Shown here in pieces: positions 36,702 through 53,100 of a stretch of DNA of 64,000 bases. Position 1 is the first letter of the stretch. Every line of letters starts with the position of its first letter. Origin of the DNA: Azolla caroliniana (Eukaryota; Plantae; Polypodiophyta); NCBI GenBank assembly GCA_043228905.1, contig JBHGNT010000017.1, positions 16,058,001 through 16,122,000 of the forward strand. The letters are read 5' to 3'. A program made the translations under genes and the position numbers. Under the pieces are notes generated by a model. The model saw nothing but the letters and a program-made list of their open reading frames with translations, was not told where the DNA came from and did no database searches.

Positions 36702-38010
36702 GAACCGAAACCGAACTGTTTATATAAAACAAAAACCAAACCAAACCATCTATGAACTCTCAAGTATTTAAACCAAACCATTTAAGAAAAAGTAAACCAC
36801 ACCATTTAAACCCAAACCATTTAAAAAATAGTTGAAACCAAACCTAACCATTCAATAAAAATTTAAACCTAACCATTTAATTCAAACTAATTAAACATTT
36901 AAATAAACAAAAATACATTAAATTAAATAAGTATTTAAGTTAGATTTATTAAATCAATAAAAAACCATTAATTTAAACCATTAAATTAATAAACTATTAA
37001 GGTTAAAAAATAAACTCGAGTTTTAGAATCGAACAGATCCTTTTATCAAAAATCCAAACCGAATCCAAAGTATTAAATTTTTTGGAACCAATAAACAATT
37101 AAACCATGGCTTAACAGTTCAATTCGGTTTGATTCAAAACCTTGCCCATTGCTAGTATCATAGTATGAAGCATACTTATCATTTGTGCATTCACTTTCGC
37201 GAACATTCTTATCATTCAAGCATGAAAAACACCCTCTAAGTATGGTAAATACCATACTATGAACCATGCCTACCATTCGTGTTCGAGAATGATTCAATCA
37301 TTCAAGAAGGGTAAACACCCTCGAAGAATGATAAATAACATACTTTTGGATAAATTATTTACTATAAGGTAAATATTTTTTGAAGGTAAAAAAAAAATTT
37401 AATTGCAAAAAAAAACATTACCTTCTTAATAACAGAAATTACAGAAGTTACAACAAAATTACACAGAAATTATAGAGCAATTATAGAAATTACAACAAAA
37501 TTACAGAAATTATAGAAATTACGAAAAAATTACAGAAATTAGTGAAAAATTACAGAAAGTAATGCCCAGGAGAAGATGTGGTCATTGACTCACTATTGGC
37601 TAGTGTGCACGATGCAAGCAACATATCGTTCAAGGAAAAAGGGGAAAAGGGAAGGAGAGTAGAGCGTAGCGTTGATGTGCAGAGGAAAAAGGGGGGGAAA
37701 GAGGTAAAAAAACCCAAAAAAAAGGGAAAAAAAGGTTGAAAAAACACACAAATATTTGAATATCATTCGTGTTCGTTTTCCAACGTAGGAAAACAAATGA
37801 TATAGTAGACAAACGCGAATTTTACGTACTATGGTAAATACCATACTTTTGCACTCATTATTTATGAGAAGGTAGATTTTTTTAGGGTAAGAAAGTTAAG
37901 GTAAAAAGTGTTAAAAAAAACATAAGAATGTTTTCATAACATACACATTCGTTTTCAAACGTATGAAAACGAATGTTTGGGCTAACAGACACGAATATTA
38001 TGCACTATGG
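36702..38010. repeat. AT-rich non-coding insertion(s) with short repeats, non-autonomous DNA-transposon-like
   Basis: AAACC and AAATTACAG repeats and repeated ATGGTAAATACCA; splits an LTR-like sequence right after CCTATAAATAG. Confidence 0.45.
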
Positions 38011-38092
38011 CTAGTATTACTCAAACCAATTTGGTTTCAAGCCAGTCTTAAGCCTCGACGCTATCTTTTTACTCTTCCTTTTTTAGATATAT

Positions 38093-40290
38093 TGTCATTC
38101 TATCATATTTGCTAAGAATCTGAGGCAGAGAGGAGAGAGGGAGAATGATAGAGAATCACAAGACATAGAGAGGGAGAGAGGGAGAGAAGTAGATAAAAGT
38201 AAGTATATTATAAAAAATGGAGGACAAGGATAGGAACAACTTCGAGGCTTAAGATTGGCGTTAAACCAAATTGGTTGTGAATAGTACAATATGCCTCTAT
38301 TTATAGAGCCTTCAAGAGTGTTGCTGAAGTTTCTCAAATATTCTAGAGTATTCTAGATTATTCATGAAATTTTCTAGATTATTCCGAGAGTTCTAGAAAC
38401 TAGGTGAAATATAAATGAAAATAAAATATATCAATCCTAATGGTAGGTATCGATTCGTGTACCATAAGGCCACGAGCTCAATTTCTATTTGAGTCCATAT
38501 CATGACACTATCCCCCTCTTCGAACGAAGATTATTTTGAGTCGTTTTTAGTTGATGACCTAGTTTGTCTAGGTATTGTCGATGAAATTCCTCAACAATGG
38601 CTTGGTTATTTACAACATTCTCTGCTGGTTTCCCAAGTACAATCACTCCCATTATATACTAGCCAATCCACCAAATCATATAAGTTGTTGCAAACAATCT
38701 TGGAATCAAGAATTGCAGTAACTTCTTGCTCTGGTCCATCTTCAAGTTCGACAGGGGGTGGAGGTGGTGTAGTATGATTTGGAATAGACTTACTCAGTAT
38801 GGTTCTAAGAGAGAACTATAAGTTACTAGATATATCCGTAATTGTGGAGGTAGATCAAGGTGAGAGGTTACATCATTGATTTTTCTATTAATGACAAAAG
38901 GGCCTAACCGTTAATAATCCAATTTGGTACATGGTTTAGTTGTCTTTATAGGACATTGTAGTAGTCATACTTGATCTCCAACTTCAAAACTAGATAGAGG
39001 TTGATGTCAATTTGCATTGTCGTTTTGTGTTATTTGATATTCATGTAGATGATTGGAAAGTTCTACCTAAATCTATAGTAGTCGATTCAAATAGTATTGA
39101 GCACTAGGATTTATTGGTAATTCGAGAACTTTGAATAAGCACCACCAAGGATGATAACATGTGTGTGCGTAGAATGGTGTAACCCCAATAGAGGTCCTAT
39201 GTTTAAAATCATACTACACCACCTCCACCCCCTGTCTAACTTGGGGATGATAACATGAGGAGAGTTTGTAGGAGATATTGAGTATTGTGAAGAGATGCTT
39301 CCAAATTTTAGATATAAATTGAGGTCCACGACCACTAATGATGTTGTTTGGAAGACTGTGGTGACAAAATACTTTAGACATAATCGAGATTTGTTGTGTC
39401 CTCACTAGTGATATCTTTGGTGCATGTCAAGAAATGTGCCATTTTAGTATATCAATCAGCTACTATTAAGATAGCATTGATACCCTTAGAATTTGGAAGA
39501 TTTGTAATAAAATCTAAAGACATAGATTGCCATGGCCTGCTTGCAATTGTTAAAGGCTGCTATAAACCATATTGATGATGATGGGGCCTCTTTGCTCTAC
39601 AACATGTATCACCTATGTGAACATAATCTTCGACAAATTTATGTAGATGAGGCCACCAAAATGACCATGTTACCAAATCCAATGTTTTATTGATACCAAA
39701 ATGCCCATCCGTATATGTATCATGGCAATTTTGTATGACTTAAATGCTAGATGATCCATCAAGAACATAAGAAGATGTTTGAAGAAGAGTAATCCATCAT
39801 GTCACTTGAATTGCATATAATCTATAGCTAAATGTTGTGATTGAGAACAAGATGCACAAGTCGGATCAATATGATCTAAGATGTATTGAGCAAAGACATC
39901 TCTATTGAGATCATGACGAATAGTATCAACAATGCTTGAATCTGACATTAGTTTCTTGAAGCCGTGCAGGAGTTAGGATTACCTATTTTTTATTATCGAA
40001 GGTCGGAACAACAAGACGAGGTGCTAGGTACAAACATCATGATAATGCATCTGCTTTCCCTTGTTGCTTGCTTGGACGAAATTCAATCTTGAAATAGAAA
40101 TGAGTAAGAAATTGTGCCATCAAGTTTTTCGTCCATTTAGCACATGAGCACTCTAGAAATAGGTGAGTTTTTTGTGATCACTAAATACAATTTCTCGATG
40201 GAGAGAGCCTTCCAAAATATGTCGCCATTGTGCAAAGGAATCAGCTATAGCTACTAACTCCTTGTCATGTACCTCATAGTTTATCTTCGT
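38093..40290 (-). mobile_element. Degenerate chromovirus 3' half (RNase H, integrase, chromodomain, PPT, LTR 38093..38507)
   Basis: Minus-strand NYEV.DKEL, ADALS, MDFITNLP motifs; PPT GAAGAGGGGGA; TGTCAT...ATGACA termini. Confidence 0.75.
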
Positions 40291-40294
40291 AGTG

Positions 40295-40580
40295 TCAAAT
40301 TTGAGCACACACTTCTACTCCATAAAGCAAAACTTGTATTACCATGACATTAAATAAAATTAGTTTCACTTCCCATCCATGTGTATCACTTTGGTAGCAT
40401 TTATTTTCCAACATATAATAACTTTTCCAACCAACTTGAAGTCTAGACTCAAAGCATACACTCCATTTATTCATGGCAGGTACATCAATACCAAGATACT
40501 TAAAGTTTTGTACAAATTGTATGTGTTCTCCCTTATATGTAAGCATGGGGTATTGGTAAGGCTGAATGGTTCAAACTACC
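40295..40580 (-). pseudogene. LINE reverse transcriptase C-terminal fragment
   Basis: FKYLG and LLYGVEV motifs. Confidence 0.7.
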
Positions 40581-40699
40581 ATCATTTTTGTTCTATCCAC
40601 ATTTATAGTTAGTCCACTGTTTTGGCAAAATGCTTCTAATGAGCAGTTTTGGAGGTGAACGGAAGACCTCGGGGTTCCAAGTCAATATATGCTTGTAAT

Positions 40700-41975
40700 T
40701 TCCCGAATCTATGAGAAGGTTATGTGTTGTGTACATATGGGCAATGAGAAACTTTTTAGATTTTTTCAATAGCATTATTGGTGTTAAGCAAGGATGCTAC
40801 AATCTCACTAACTCTATTTGTTCTAGATGCATTGATGAATTAGAACAAATTATTTCCAAGTTTGTAACGGAAGAAGACATTGAAGAAGTTGTGTTTGGGA
40901 ATGTAGTCAATGCGGATCATGTAGTGCATTTTTCAAATCCATTAGGAGGTGTGCACAAGCTTATAAGGGAATCAAAAGAATTTTGCAAGCATACTAGGTG
41001 CCGACAACTCTAAAACAATGATTATGCTTGTGGTGAAACCCAAAAAAGATAAACGATGCATTATATACAATATGCATCACTTGAAATTGTAGAAAGCTTG
41101 GCCTTGAAGTTCCTTAAAGTCATAGAAGGAACATGTAACCCACCATTTAGAGGCGGAAGGATAACATATTGAATGCATTTTCTAATGCGTGCAATAATGG
41201 AGAAATTAAGTGTTGGGTCTTGAAGAATTATCTTTTTGACACTTTGGCGACATCAATGATTTTCTATTGTGTGATGTATGAGTCGATTGTATTCCTAAGT
41301 CTACTAGGAAAGAGTTAGAAAATGTCCAAAAGCATTTTCTTATAAAGTTTCTCTAAGTCAATAAACAGCCATACAACCTCCCATTGCTTGAGATGGGATC
41401 GCTTCGCATTGATATCATGGCCATGGAAAGGGTTACCAAATACATGCTTAAGGTTCAAAAAATTCCCTCACATCGACGTCCTAGAATCTTATGAGAAGTG
41501 AGCAAAAAGATCCAAAAGACACAAAAGCAAAATTGGAAAGACACAAATTGGATGAAAGATATGGAAAAATGGTTTGGAATATAGCATGCAACTCACTTGC
41601 TTCATGATGCATCACTAAATTCCTTTGTAAAGGGTTCCTTTTTGCAATGTTAATGTATCATGACATGGGAAGAATGTGGAGTCTCATGCTTCACACATTA
41701 TAAAAAAATGTGGCATTTATATGTGTTGCTATAAAACGCTACTTTTTGTCTAATGCGTGAATCACACACATCAACATATGGTAGAGTCATTTTGTTGTTT
41801 GCCATCTGAACCATTGCTTCCATGTGAGTTAGTTCACACACACTATGATGTGAGATAAGGTGTTGGGGCACAAGTGATGAGAGTAATTGATGCACACATT
41901 GCCCGAAACAAGTTCAATAAACCTAAGCATCACATTTTGATACAATGTTCTGCCTTTGATCACATTCGCCCTTGC
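40700..41975 (+). pseudogene. Degenerate LINE RT and 3' region
   Basis: GVKQGC, ADHVV (YADD-like) and downstream C-terminal remnants with many stops. Confidence 0.65.
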
Positions 41976-41977
41976 AC

Positions 41978-42280
41978 GACAAATGTTGTATACACCCATA
42001 TTGAGAAGTCAAAATTGTTGATAAAGATGGGCCCTAATGAACTTGGGCAACTAGATACAATAGGTTCTATCTAAAAATAATACGAGTTGATATTGGTTTG
42101 ACTTCCTCTTCCATTTATTCGTATTAGTTTGACGTTGAAGAAAGAACTATTGATTGAGTTTCTGGAAATTTAAAAAGACAAATGTTGTATACACCCACAT
42201 TGAGAAATCAAAATTGTTGATAAAGATGGGCCCTAATGAACTGGGGCAACTAGATACAATTGGTTCTATCTAAAAATAAT
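41978..42280. repeat. 104-bp direct duplication (41978..42081 and 42177..42280)
   Basis: Two copies with 4 mismatches, downstream of the P450 stop. Confidence 0.9.
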
Positions 42281-42473
42281 TGTGTTTTAGTCTTTGTGAA
42301 TCAAAGAGGAAGTGCATTTCTACAAATTGGTTTGCATGTTGAAATTTAAAATATGCATGTCAATTAATGTTGGCCTATTTTCTTTACTTTGATATGTATC
42401 TAATATGGGGATATGAAATTTTGAAAAAAATGGTATGCTATATGTATATTGTTGAGTGTGTGGTTGCCATAAG

Positions 42474-45752
<3,279 letters not shown>

Positions 45753-45764
45753 GGCAAAGGAACA

Positions 45765-45864
45765 NNNNNNNNNNNNNNNNNNNNNNNNNNNNNNNNNNNN
45801 NNNNNNNNNNNNNNNNNNNNNNNNNNNNNNNNNNNNNNNNNNNNNNNNNNNNNNNNNNNNNNNN
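45765..45864. other. Assembly gap (100 N)
   Basis: Run of exactly 100 N, a usual placeholder for unknown gap size. Confidence 0.99.
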
Positions 45865-48800
45865 ATCCGAAAAGAATGCCATGGTCTTTTGTGCCAGCCA
45901 GATATCTGAACACATGCTTGACTGCGTTCCAATGCGATCGGCCAGGATTGTGCATAAATCTGCTAACGACTCCTACGGCATGAGAGATATCAGGCCGTGT
46001 CGCGACCATCAGGTACATAAGGGAGCCGACTGCCGGTGCATACGGTACCGACTTCATATCTTCCCCCTCCGGACCGGATGTCGGGCAGTCTCGCTGAGAG
46101 AGCCGAAGATTCATAGGGAGCGGGGTTGAAGCAGATTTGGCTGATTGCATGTTGAAGCGTTCCAAGACACGTCCGATATAGTCGGTCTGAGACAAAAAAA
46201 GGTGTCGTTTGTCGCGATGCCGACTGATCTTCATGCCGAGTATGTGTCGTGCCGGACCGAGATCCTTCATGGCAAACTTCAACCGCAGTTGCCGAATGAG
46301 ATCGGCAAGTTCGCCCGCGTGGCGTCCAGAAATTAGCATGTCGTCCACGTAAATGATGAGGAAGATGGGTGATCCATCTTGAGCTGTGTTGGTGAAGAGA
46401 CAATGGTCCTCATCGCTTTTTGAGAAGCCGATCGATGTGATGAAGTCGTCGAACTTCTTGTACCATTGTCGCGGTGCCTGTTTGAGGCCGTATAGACTCT
46501 TCCTGAGTCGGCAGACTAGATGTTCTTGGCCAGTCGCCACGAAGCCTTTTGGCTGCTCCATATAAATTTCCTCGTCTAGATCACCATGGAGGAATGCTGT
46601 TTTGACATCTAGCTGAATCAGCTCCAAGTTGTCGGCTGCCACTACGCCGAGTAGGAAACGAAGGGTTGTCATTTTCACCACTGGTGAAAAAATCTCGTCG
46701 AAGTCGACGCCGTATTCTTGTCGGAAGCCCTTCGCAACTAGTCTGGCCTTGTACTTTGGGGTGGTCGAATCAGACGTCTCTTTTAGTCGATAAACCCACT
46801 TGCAAGGAAGAGCACGTCGGTTCCTAGGTAATTCGACCAGATCCCAAGTCTTGTTTGCCCGAATGGAGTGCATTTCCGACTCCATCGCCAGATGCCAGGT
46901 GGCTGAATCGACGGATGTCGATGCTTCTTCGTAAGACGTCGGTTCGCCGGCGTCGGTGAAGAAAATTCCAGGAGAATACCTCTCCGGAGGTTGCGACAGT
47001 CTCTCGGATCGTCGAGGCATGATTGGACTGGTCGCATCGGGTATCGTGGTCGGATGGTCCGAAAGCGGATTGTTCTGCTGTGCCGAGTCGGAGTTGTCCG
47101 AGTCGGTAGTGTAAGGTTCAGCTACCCGTGAAGCTGACCGTGTGTTGAGAGCGGGGCCTTCTTGAAGGGTCGGCACATCGGAAAAGGTTACCCTTCGGAC
47201 TTCGATCGGTTTTTCGACTGATGGATTCATGGCCGACTCGTTGAACACAACGTCCGAACTTCGAACGATTTGTCTGCGTTCGGGGTCCCAGAGTCGGTAT
47301 CCCATTTCGCCGTTGGATCCATATCCAAGGAAAATGCATTTCCTGGACCGAGGTGCAAGTTTTCGGCGATCATCTTTCGGAATAAGGGTGTACGCCTCGC
47401 ATCCGAAGATCCTCAGCTTGTCGTAATTCGGCTTACTGCCGATCCATAGTTCCTGAGGAATTTGAAGTCCTAGAGGTCTACTTGGCGACATATTGATTAT
47501 GTGTACTGCCGTGAGTAGAGCCTCTGCCCAGAAGCCATCCGACAGTCCGGAGTGTTGGAGCATGGAAACTGTCCGTTCTTGGATTGTCCGATTCATGCGT
47601 TCGGCAATCCCGTTTTGCTCCGGACTGTGTGGTGCCGTAAATTCTCGTCGGATGCCGCGTTGTCGGCAGAATTTGACGAATTCTTCAGATTTAAACTCTC
47701 CCCCATTGTCTGTCCGAAGGCATTTCAGCTTTCGGTCGGTTTGATTTTCTACCATAGCGAGCCAATCGGTGAAGATCGAGAAGACCCGATCTTTGGTGCG
47801 AATTGGATAAGCCCACACCTTTCGAGTCGAATCGTCAATAAAAGTGACGAAGTAAGAGGCACCACCGAGAGACTGATGCGGCATTGGGCCACAGACGTCC
47901 GAGTGGACCAAATCGAGAGGTCTCGATTCTCTTGGTGCTGATGTCGGGTGTGATGTGGCTGCTTGTTTGCCATACTGGCAATGCTCGCAGAATTGATGGT
48001 CGGAGAAGGAGAGTTTGGGGATGTATCCGGCTCTAGATAGGTGCGTGATGCCGGCCTTGCTGAGGTGTCCTAATCTTCGGTGCCATAGTGATGACACAGG
48101 AATATCCACCAAAAACAGGTTACCCTCTCTGAGCGTAACATGTAACGGATACAGGGAGTGTATCTTGGGTCCTCTAGCAAGCAGGAGGTTCCCCCTGTGG
48201 AGTGTCCACCCTCCCGAAGAAAAACCGGCACGAATGCCGTCTTCATCTAGTTGTCCGACTGAGATCAATGGCCGTGAGAGCTCGGGTACATGTCGGACAT
48301 TGTGGAGTACAAGTGTAGAGCCACCTGCAAGGTTGAGCTCTACTGTGCCGATTCCGATGATGTCACAGTGTTGCGAGTTACCGACCCGAACTGAGTCGGA
48401 GTGACGGATCGTGTATTGCCGAAATTGGGATCGATGAGGAGTCACGTGAAACGACGCGCCCGAATCCAAGAGCCATGTGCTCGATTCTTCAGTCGTGAGC
48501 AGAACTTCTGAGCCAACTGGATTTTCGATTGATAGTATGTTCGGGTCGTCTGGTAGCACATCAGCTGAGAAGCCGACGTAATTGATCTCCTCATGCCGGC
48601 CACTCTTCTTGTTGTTCTTGTTCTTGAGTGCGCGGCAGTCGGCTTTGATGTGTCCGGGTTTCTTGCAGTAGTTGCAGATTCGGTTATCCCGTGACTGGCT
48701 CCGTCTTCGCTGATTGTTCGGCGGCCGTGAGGAATCTCTTCCTCGTATGTTCGATCGGTCTGTCGAACCTTGTACTACGTAAGCATCGTCTGTTGAGTCT

Positions 48801-49384
48801 TTGGCGAAAGACTTTCTCCGAGCTGCTTCGGTCAGGATTGCGCTCGTGACTTCGGAGTATTTAACAGCCGTGGTTGACGCGTTGCACACGGTTGTGACGA
48901 AAGTTTCCCATGATGAGGGAAGGCTGCTCATGAGTATCATTGCTCTGAGTTCATCCTCGATTGCCGTCCCCTGTGACGAGATTTGGGAGCTTATGCTTTC
49001 GTACTCATTGAGGTGTGCTTGAACCGAGTCGGATTCTTTCATCCGCAAGTTGTAGAGGCGCCGGATCAGAAACATCTTTGTTGCGGCGACCTTCTTTTCG
49101 TAAGTGTCCGACAGTGTTTTCCACAGTTCAAATGCTGTCGTACACGATTGCACCGTAAAGTATACCGATTCCGATAGGTGCATCCGAATCGTGGCGCGGA
49201 CGATTCTGTCCAGCTTCTGCCACTCAATTGGTTTGTATCCTTCTGGAGGTTCTTCATTTTCGATGGGATCGATTTGCCCCTTGACTATGAGATAGTCTTG
49301 CATTTGTTCCTTCCAGAAGTTGAAGTTCGATCCATCGAACTTTCGTAGACTCATTTCTGACGAGCCGGATGTTGATGCCATCAA
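45865..49384 (-). CDS. Copia gag-pol polyprotein of D (open up to the gap)
   Basis: KFDGSNF, CCHC knuckle, WLLDSGAS, integrase, RT YVDD; no stops before the Ns. Confidence 0.92.
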
Positions 49385-50145
49385 ATTCGGTTTTGGTTAA
49401 CGAAGCTCGGTTCGGAGTTGACTACGGACCTTGTTGGAGTGCAGCCGGTTGGCTCACCCGATATTGTTCTAGTCGGGTTTGAACCCGAGTCGGTTCGGCT
49501 TCGGAACTTGCTCGAATTGACTTCGGTAGCTTGAGGGACAGAGCCGACTGGTCTTCCCGAATGTTGCCGAGTCGGAGTGAGCCCGGTTCGCTTCGGATAT
49601 ATATGCCGAATACCGATTATTAAAACCGATTATCTGGACCGATTCTGCTTCGGGTGACTGCAGCAACGAGAGAGATGGATCTAACTGATCCTCTCGAATG
49701 TCGATCAGCCTGATGAAGCACGAATTTGGGGTTGTTGTCTTGAGACCGATCTGCACCGAGTGGTTACAGCGAGCGGCGTTTGATGACCTCTTCGGATGCC
49801 GTTTAACCGAATGGAGCACGAATCGTGTCAATGTTGCACGAGGGGATTTCACCTCGAGCGGTTACAATCACAAGGAACGGAGTACAGCCTGCTGGCTTAC
49901 TCCAAACAAAGATGATCTAACGCGATGAGATGCAAACCTGGTTTTTTTTTTTTCTTCTTCCTCTCTCTTCTTCGAATGACGCAGGAAACCGAATGCTGAG
50001 ACGACGGCCGACAGCGGATTGAGGGACCGACTACTGTGCAGGCTCTGATACCAGATGTTGGAAGCGAGGTCGTCAATGCGGAAGATCTTGAAGCATTCAG
50101 TTCTGTTCTTCTCCTGCGTATGACAGAATGTAGGTCGTTGCACAG

Positions 50146-53100
50146 TATTGAAATTCCGTGCTCGGCCACAACCGAGGAACAGGATCGATTCACAGAAAAC
50201 GGGAAATACAACAATGCACGAAAGACAATAGAGAGAAAGGTACACTGGATGTTTTACGTGGAAAACCCTAAATGGGAAAAACCACGGGAGCCTCAAACTC
50301 CAACTATCACTATGAACAGGGATGTACACTGGTGAAGCTACAAGGCAACAACCTTGAGCTCACTGTCTTCGCCACAGGCGGCGGCAATACACAGAGGCAA
50401 CGACCTCTTCGTCTCTCTCTCTCTCTCTCTCTCGGCTGCTCTCACTTCGCATGAAAATTAAGCAACAACATCAACTGTTTGCCCTAAGTCATATTTATAC
50501 ACATATGACTTTCGGGCTATTTACAAATATAACCTCAAGGGCTCTTGGCAAACATATTCACAAATATGTCCCCGCATCCGGATCTCTCTCTCCGGGTACA
50601 TTCGTCATCCGGCTCCGTAGCCGGGGTCTTCATCATCCGGCTCCGTAGCCGGGGTCTTCAGCATCCGGCTCCGTAGCCGGGGTCTTCATCATCCGGCTCC
50701 GTAACCTGGTACTCTTCATCCGGCTTCATGCCGGGTACTCTTCATCCTACGGTTCCGTAACAGCCTCCGGGCTTGCCGTCATTCATCTCCGGACATCCCA
50801 TCCGGAGGGACCGAAATCCCAACAAACTCCCCCTTCACTTCGGCATGGGATGTCTCTCCAATCCGATCCTCTTCCGGCATGCTTCCAGCTTGTCGGGTGT
50901 GAGCACCTTGGTCAGCATATCCGACCCGTTCTCGTCAGTGTGGATCTTCGTCAGCACGAACTCCTCGTCTTCTATCCTCTCCCGGATCCAGTGGTATCTC
51001 CGCTGGATGTGTTTCGTCCGGGAATGGTAGGCCGCGTTCTTCGCAAGGTGGATGGCACTCTGACTGTCGCAGTAGAGTCGGTACTCCTCCTGTTGGATAC
51101 CGAGCTCTCTAATGAAGTCCTTCATCCATATTATTTCCTTGCCGGCTTCAACAGCTGCCATGTACTCCGCCTCCGTGGTTGACAACGCAACCGTCTTCTG
51201 CAGCCTCGACTGCCACGAAACAGCTCCTCCTGCATACGTCATCACATACCCTGATGTGGACCGGCTGGTATCTGCATCAGCCGACATATCCGAATCGGTA
51301 AAGCCGTCGAATTCGGGCTTACCGGAGCCGAATCGGAGGCACACGTTTGCCGTGCCCTTCAGGTATCGGAGTATCCACTTGACCGCGTTCCAGTGCTCTT
51401 TGCCGGGATTGCTCATGTACCGGCTCACCACTCCGACTGCATATCCTATGTCCGGTCTTGTACACACCATTGCGTACATCAAGCTTCCGACGGCAGAGGC
51501 ATATGGTACTTTCATCATGTCCTCCTTCTCAGCCTTTGTCTTGGGGCTTTGCTTGCTGGACAACTTGCAGTTTGCCGGGAGGGTTGACCCGACCGGTCTT
51601 GCTTCCGACATGTTGAACCGGTGAAGCACCTTTGTCACGTACTTCTCCTGTGACAGCCACAACTGCTTCTTCTTCCGGTCCCGGATGATGTGCATCCCTA
51701 GTATTTGCCTCGCCGGACCCAGGTCCTTCATTGAGAAGGTTCGGTGAAGTGCCTCCTTCAGCACCCGTATCTTGACCTGGTCCCGTCCGACGATCAACAT
51801 GTCGTCCACGTACAGGAGGAGTATTAGAGAGTCTCCTCCTTCGAACTTCTTCACAAACACGCAGTGATCAGACTGCGTTTTGTGGTACCCTTCGTCGGTC
51901 ATGAAGGAGTCGAACTTCCGGTACCATTGCCGGGGAGCCTGCTTCAGTCCGTAAAGGCTCTTCTTCAACCGGCATACCAGGTGCTCCTTCCCTTTCTTCT
52001 CGAATCCTTCCGGTTGCTGCATGTAGATCTCTTCATCGAGGTCACCGTGAAGGAATGCCGTCTTCACGTCCATCTGTTCTACCTCGAGGTCCATGCTTGC
52101 CGCTATGCTCAGCACCGTCCGGATAGAGGTCATCTTCACTACCGGGGCAAATATCTCGTCGAAGTCGACGCCCTTCTTCTGCTGGAACCCCTTCACCACG
52201 ATCCTGGCTTTGTATCTCTGGGGGTTTCCGGCATCTCCCGGTTTCAGCTTGAACACCCACTTGTTTCGAAGTGCCCGCTTTCCTTTCGGCAACTCCACAA
52301 GTTCATATGTGTGGTTCTCATGCAGGGAATCCATCTCCTCCTGCATGGCACTTAACCACCTGCGGCTCTGGGTGTCGTGCTTTGCTTCTTCAAAGCTCTC
52401 CGGCTCCCCCTCGTTGGTTAGCAGCACGTGCTCTGGTTCCGGAAATCTCCGGGGGGCCCTTCTCTCTCTTAGAGGATATCTCCGTTCGGGAGCTTCGGTA
52501 ACCGGTTCTTCCGATTCTTCTTCTTCATCCGAATCCATTTCGGGATCGGGGCCGGTTCCGGTATCATTTTCATCTTCTTCGGCCGGTTCTGTTTCTTCAC
52601 CGTCTTCGGCCGGGTCTTCGAGTGTTAACCGGTCCCTTGCCGGTCGGGACTGCTCCTCGTAGAGTTTATCCTCACCGGTCGACTTGGAGCTCTTCATCTT
52701 CTTCTCCGACTCCCAGTCGGCGAGCGTCTTGTCCTCCATGAAAATGATATCTCGACTCCTGAATATCTTCTTGTCGACCGGGTCCCATACTCGGTAGCCG
52801 AACTCGTCGTCGCCGTAACCGAGGAATATGCATGGCCGGGTCTTTGGATCTAGCTTTCCTCTCCGGTCCTTTGCCACATGCACGTATGCGAGACACCCGA
52901 ACACCTTCAGATGCCGGTAGGACACTTCCTTACCGGTCCACACTTTCTGCGGCGTGTCTCCGTCCAAAGGTACTGAGGGTGATCTGTTTATCACGTATGT
53001 CGCCGTCGACATTGCCTCAGCCCAAAACCCCTTGGGTAATTTCGCATGCGCCAGCATACTCCGGACCCTCTCCATTATGGTCCGGTTCATCCTCTCGGCC

